A stretch of 17,841 bases of DNA. It comes from Candidatus Rokuibacteriota bacterium. Its GTDB lineage: Bacteria > Methylomirabilota > Methylomirabilia > Rokubacteriales > DASRDR01. Location of the stretch: NCBI GenBank assembly GCA_044866005.1, contig JBIOTN010000160.1, forward strand, positions 1 to 17,841, written 5' to 3'. Below the pieces are notes generated by a model. It was not told where the DNA came from, did no database searches, and saw nothing but the letters and a program-made list of their open reading frames with translations. Below, piece by piece: positions 14,774 through 17,841 of the stretch. A program made the translations under genes and the position numbers. The first letter of the stretch is position 1; every line of letters begins with the position of its first letter.

Positions 14774-14802
14774 ATTATAGACAGCGCGACCGATGCCGTC
14801 AA
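14774..14802 (-). promoter_or_regulatory. Near-consensus sigma70 promoter
   Basis: Minus strand TTGACG (14802-14797), 17 nt, TATAAT (14779-14774), just after the truA stop. Confidence 0.85.
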
Positions 14803-14816
14803 GGAACGGGCCGGGC

Positions 14817-15647
14817 TCATCGCCAGCCCGGCGCGCTCCGCCGGGCCCGGCCCGCCCCGGCGAAGAGCGGCGCGGGGTAGCGGACGCCCACGAGGAAGAG
14901 CCCGTGCGCGGGAGCCGTCGGGCCCGCGCGCCGGCGGTCGCGGCCAGCCAGGACGTCGCCGACCCAGGCGGCCGGCTGGCGGCCGCGCCCGGCCTCGAGC
15001 AGGGTGCCGACGATGCTCCGGACCATGTGGTGGAGAAACGAGTCGGCCGAGAGAAAGACGCCGAGCAGCGCCCCGCGCTCGGCGAGCCGCGCCGCGTACA
15101 CGGTGCACACCGGGGTCCGGTCCCGCCCGGCTGCCGCCTGGAAGGCGGAGAAGTCGTGCTTGCCCCGGAGCCCGGCGAGGGCGGCGCGCATCCCGGCGAC
15201 GTCGAGCGGGGACGGGACGTGCCAGGCGTACCCGCGCAGGAACGGCACGGCCACGGGCCCGCGGACGATCAGGTAGGCGTACCGCTTGAGCCGGGCCGAT
15301 CGGCGGGCGTCGAAGCTCGGGGCCACCGCGCGCGCGCCCAGGACTCGCACGTCGCGGGGCAGCGTCGCGTTCAACGCGGCCCGCACCACTCCCGGCGCGA
15401 GGCCCTTGCCGCTCGAAAAGCTCGCCACCTGGCCGAGCGCGTGGACGCCGGCGTCGGTGCGGCTCGCCCCCGTGAGCCGGACGACCTGGCCGGCGAGCGG
15501 CGCGAGCGCGGCGGCCACGGTCCCCTGTACCGTCGGCGTCCCCGGCTGCACCTGCCAGCCGCGGTAGGCGCCGCCGTCGTAGGCGAGGAGCAGCGCGACG
15601 TGGTGTGAGGCGGGTTCCGCCGCGGCGGCCGGCGTCGAAGGGCTCAG
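14817..15647 (-). CDS. truA: tRNA pseudouridine(38-40) synthase TruA, ~276 aa; probable CTG start
   Basis: Motifs AYDGGAYRGWQVQP, GASRTDAGVHALGQV, FDARRSA, GKHDFSAF, SFLHHMVRSIVG and AGPTAPAHGLFL. Follows asd. Confidence 0.93.
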   Translation of the reverse strand: MSPSTPAAAAEPASHHVALLLAYDGGAYRGWQVQPGTPTVQGTVAAALAPLAGQVVRLTGASRTDAGVHALGQVASFSSGKGLAPGVVRAALNATLPRDVRVLGARAVAPSFDARRSARLKRYAYLIVRGPVAVPFLRGYAWHVPSPLDVAGMRAALAGLRGKHDFSAFQAAAGRDRTPVCTVYAARLAERGALLGVFLSADSFLHHMVRSIVGTLLEAGRGRQPAAWVGDVLAGRDRRRAGPTAPAHGLFLVGVRYPAPLFAGAGRARRSAPGWR

Positions 15648-16660
15648 GTGCCCGCGGCCCGACCGACCAGGAGCTCCGCGATCTGGACCGCGTTCGTCGC
15701 GGCGCCTTTCCGGAGCTGGTCGCCCACGACCCAGAAGTTGAGGCCCCGGTCGAGCGTCAGGTCCTCCCGGATCCGGCCGACGACGCAGTCGTCCTGCCCT
15801 TCCACCGTGACGGGCATGGGGTACCGGAGCTCGCCCGGATCGTCCACCACGCGGAGGCCGGGGAAGCGATCGAACAGCGCGCGCGCCCGCTCCGCCGTGA
15901 CCTTCTCTTCGGTCTCGACGTTGACGGCGACCGCGTGAGCGGTGAAGACGGGAACCCGCACCGTGGTCGGGGAGATGGGAAGGGTCGGCGCCTCCAGGAT
16001 CTTGCGCGTCTCGTTGACGAGCTTCCACTCCTCGCCCGTGTACCCGCCCTCGCCGAACCGGTCGATGTGCGGGATGAGGTTGAAGGCGATGGGGTGCGGA
16101 AAGAACTGCGGGACCACCGGGTCGCCGCGCGCCCAGGCGAGCGTCTGCTGGCGCAGCTCCTCCACGCCCTTGACACCGGCGCCGGAGACGGCCTGATAGC
16201 TCGTGGCCACCACGCGCCGGATGCGCGCGGCCGCGTGGAGCGGGGCGAGCGGCATCACGGTCACGACCGTCGTGCAGTTCGGGCTCGCCACGATGCCCCG
16301 ATGCTGCTTGACGGCGACCGCGTTGATCTCGGGCACCACGAGCGGCACGGCCGGGTCCATCCGGAACGCGCTCGACTTGTCCACGGCGACGGCCCCGGCC
16401 CGGACCGCGAGGGGCGCGTACTCGCGGGACTGCGCGGCACCGGCGGAGAAGAAGGCGATCTCGACGCCCCGGAAGGCGTCCGGCGAGAGTTTCTCGACGC
16501 GGAGATCGTCGCCGGCGAACGGCACCGTCTTGCCCACCGAGCGCTCGGACGCGTACACCCGGAGCGCGCGCACCGGGAACTTGCGCTCCTCCAGGATGCG
16601 GAGCGTCATCCGCCCCGCGGCGCCTGTCGCGCCGACGACCGCCACGCTGTAGCCCGTCAT
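15644..16660 (-). CDS. asd: Aspartate-semialdehyde dehydrogenase, 338 aa
   Basis: Motifs VAVVGATGAAG, SSAFRMDPAVPLVVPEIN, SPNCTT, SYQAVSGAG, VRVPVFTAH and DQLRKGAATNAVQIAE. ATGA overlap with the leuB stop. Confidence 0.97.
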   Translation of the reverse strand: MTGYSVAVVGATGAAGRMTLRILEERKFPVRALRVYASERSVGKTVPFAGDDLRVEKLSPDAFRGVEIAFFSAGAAQSREYAPLAVRAGAVAVDKSSAFRMDPAVPLVVPEINAVAVKQHRGIVASPNCTTVVTVMPLAPLHAAARIRRVVATSYQAVSGAGVKGVEELRQQTLAWARGDPVVPQFFPHPIAFNLIPHIDRFGEGGYTGEEWKLVNETRKILEAPTLPISPTTVRVPVFTAHAVAVNVETEEKVTAERARALFDRFPGLRVVDDPGELRYPMPVTVEGQDDCVVGRIREDLTLDRGLNFWVVGDQLRKGAATNAVQIAELLVGRAAGT

Positions 16661-17760
16661 GCTGTGCCTCGGCCTGCCTCATTGTACAGGGCTCGAAGCT
16701 CGCGGACCACGTGAGCGCCCATTTGCCCCGTGCCCACCAGCGTGGTGCCAGGCGCGTGGATGTCCTTCGTGCGGAATCCCGCCTGGAGCACGCGCTCGAC
16801 GGCCCGCTCGACGCGCTCGGCCTCCTTGGGAAGATCGAGCGAGTGACGGAGGAGGAGCGCCGCCGACAGGATCGCCGCCAGGGGGTTCGCGATCCCCTGG
16901 CCCGCGATGTCGGGCGCCGTCCCGTGGATGGGCTCGTAGACGGCCACCTTGCCGCCGAGGCTGGCCGAGGGGAGCATGCCCATCGAGCCGGCGATGATCG
17001 CGGCCTCGTCGGACAGGATGTCTCCGAAGGTGTTCTCGGTGACGATCGTGTCGAAGCGGCGGGGATCGGCGACGAGCGCCATCGCGCAGTTGTCGACGAG
17101 GAGGTGGTCGAGCCTGACGTCCGGATAGCCTCGGCCCACCTCGGTCACCACCTCGCGCCAGAGCTGGGAGACGACGAGCACGTTCGACTTGTCCACGGAG
17201 GTGAGGTGCCGGCGCCGGCTCCGGGCCACCTGGAAGGCGAGGTGGGCGACCCGCTCGACCTCCTGGGCCGTGTAGCTCATCGTGTTGACCGCGCGGCGTC
17301 CGGGGCCGGTGCCCTCCACGCCGCGCGGCTCGCCGAAGTAGAGGCCGGCCGTGAGCTCGCGGACCACCAGGAGGTCGGCCCCCTCCACGACCTCGCGCTT
17401 GAGCGGCGAGCTGTCGACGAGCATCGGGTAGAGGCGGGCCGGCCGCAGGTTCGCGTAGAGGTCGAGGGTCTTGCGGAGCGAGAGGATGCCGCGCTCGGGG
17501 CGCTCCGCCGGCGGCAGGGCGTCCCACCGGGGCCCGCCCACGGCGCCGAAGAGGATGGCATGGCTCTGCCCGCAGAGCCGGAGCGTCGCCTCGGGCAAGG
17601 GCGTGCCGTACGCCTCGATGGCGGCGCCCCCGATCGGCGCGTCCTCGAACTCGAGCCCGACGCCCGCCCCGACGGCGACGGCGCGGAGGACCCCTACGGC
17701 CTCCGGGATGACCTCGACGCCGATGCCGTCCCCGGGAAGGACCGCGATGCGGAAGCCCAC
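16657..17760 (-). CDS. leuB: 3-isopropylmalate dehydrogenase, 367 aa
   Basis: Motifs LPGDGIGVEV, GAVGGPRWD, RPERGILSLRK, NLRP, VRELTAGLYFG, VDKSNVL, NTFGDILSDEA and EPIHGTAPDIAG. Confidence 0.97.
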   Translation of the reverse strand: MGFRIAVLPGDGIGVEVIPEAVGVLRAVAVGAGVGLEFEDAPIGGAAIEAYGTPLPEATLRLCGQSHAILFGAVGGPRWDALPPAERPERGILSLRKTLDLYANLRPARLYPMLVDSSPLKREVVEGADLLVVRELTAGLYFGEPRGVEGTGPGRRAVNTMSYTAQEVERVAHLAFQVARSRRRHLTSVDKSNVLVVSQLWREVVTEVGRGYPDVRLDHLLVDNCAMALVADPRRFDTIVTENTFGDILSDEAAIIAGSMGMLPSASLGGKVAVYEPIHGTAPDIAGQGIANPLAAILSAALLLRHSLDLPKEAERVERAVERVLQAGFRTKDIHAPGTTLVGTGQMGAHVVRELRALYNEAGRGTA

Positions 17761-17787
17761 GCCCGTCAGGCGGTCCGTGGCGCCGGC

Positions 17788-17841
17788 CTAGGGGCCGGCG
17801 TCCTTGATCTGCGCGGGCCGCGCCGGACGCACCAGCCGGTT
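17788..17841 (-). CDS. C-terminal fragment of the upstream gene, probably 2-isopropylmalate synthase (LeuA)
   Basis: Open frame NRLVRPARPAQIKDAGP* runs in from the window edge and stops 27 nt before leuB. NRL matches the usual ..ALNRL end of LeuA. Only 17 codons are visible. Confidence 0.4.
   Translation of the reverse strand, partial: NRLVRPARPAQIKDAGP

Noticed and set aside
1..17841. CRISPR arrays, tRNA/rRNA genes, IS elements, prophage or defence genes
   Set aside because: No regularly spaced repeats, cloverleaf or rRNA-like tracts, or transposase/integrase motifs were seen. The intergenic gaps are short.

Overview
Very GC-rich bacterial chromosomal window, almost all coded on the minus strand. 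The gene style is compatible with Rokubacteria/Methylomirabilota, but that is an unverified impression. Two housekeeping blocks sit at the ends: (leuA)-leuB-asd-truA on the right and ttcA-hemC-cobA/hemD-hemB on the left. Between them is a ~10 kb periplasmic redox region with three parts. (i) A formate dehydrogenase-type molybdo/tungsto-enzyme operon: a small uncharacterised ORF, a Tat-exported Cys-type FdnG-like subunit, a 4x[4Fe-4S] FdnH-like subunit and an NrfD/PsrC-type membrane anchor. Its TTGACA/TACGAT promoter has a perfect FadR/GntR-type palindrome in the spacer. (ii) Maturation genes fdhE and fdhD, split by an opposite-strand, apparently leaderless hypothetical gene. (iii) A three-gene cassette: a SufR-like Cys-rich HTH regulator divergent from a His-motif lipoprotein and a Tat-exported type-1 copper protein, with a palindromic site between them. 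Other oddities are a degenerate-looking methyltransferase domain in CobA/HemD, a truA that seems to need a CTG start, a Pro/Ala-rich insertion and altered motifs in the FDH catalytic subunit, and a possible single-base frameshift in a hypothetical gene behind a near-consensus promoter. No mobile elements, CRISPR arrays, tRNA or rRNA were seen. All family assignments are by motif recognition, not database search.
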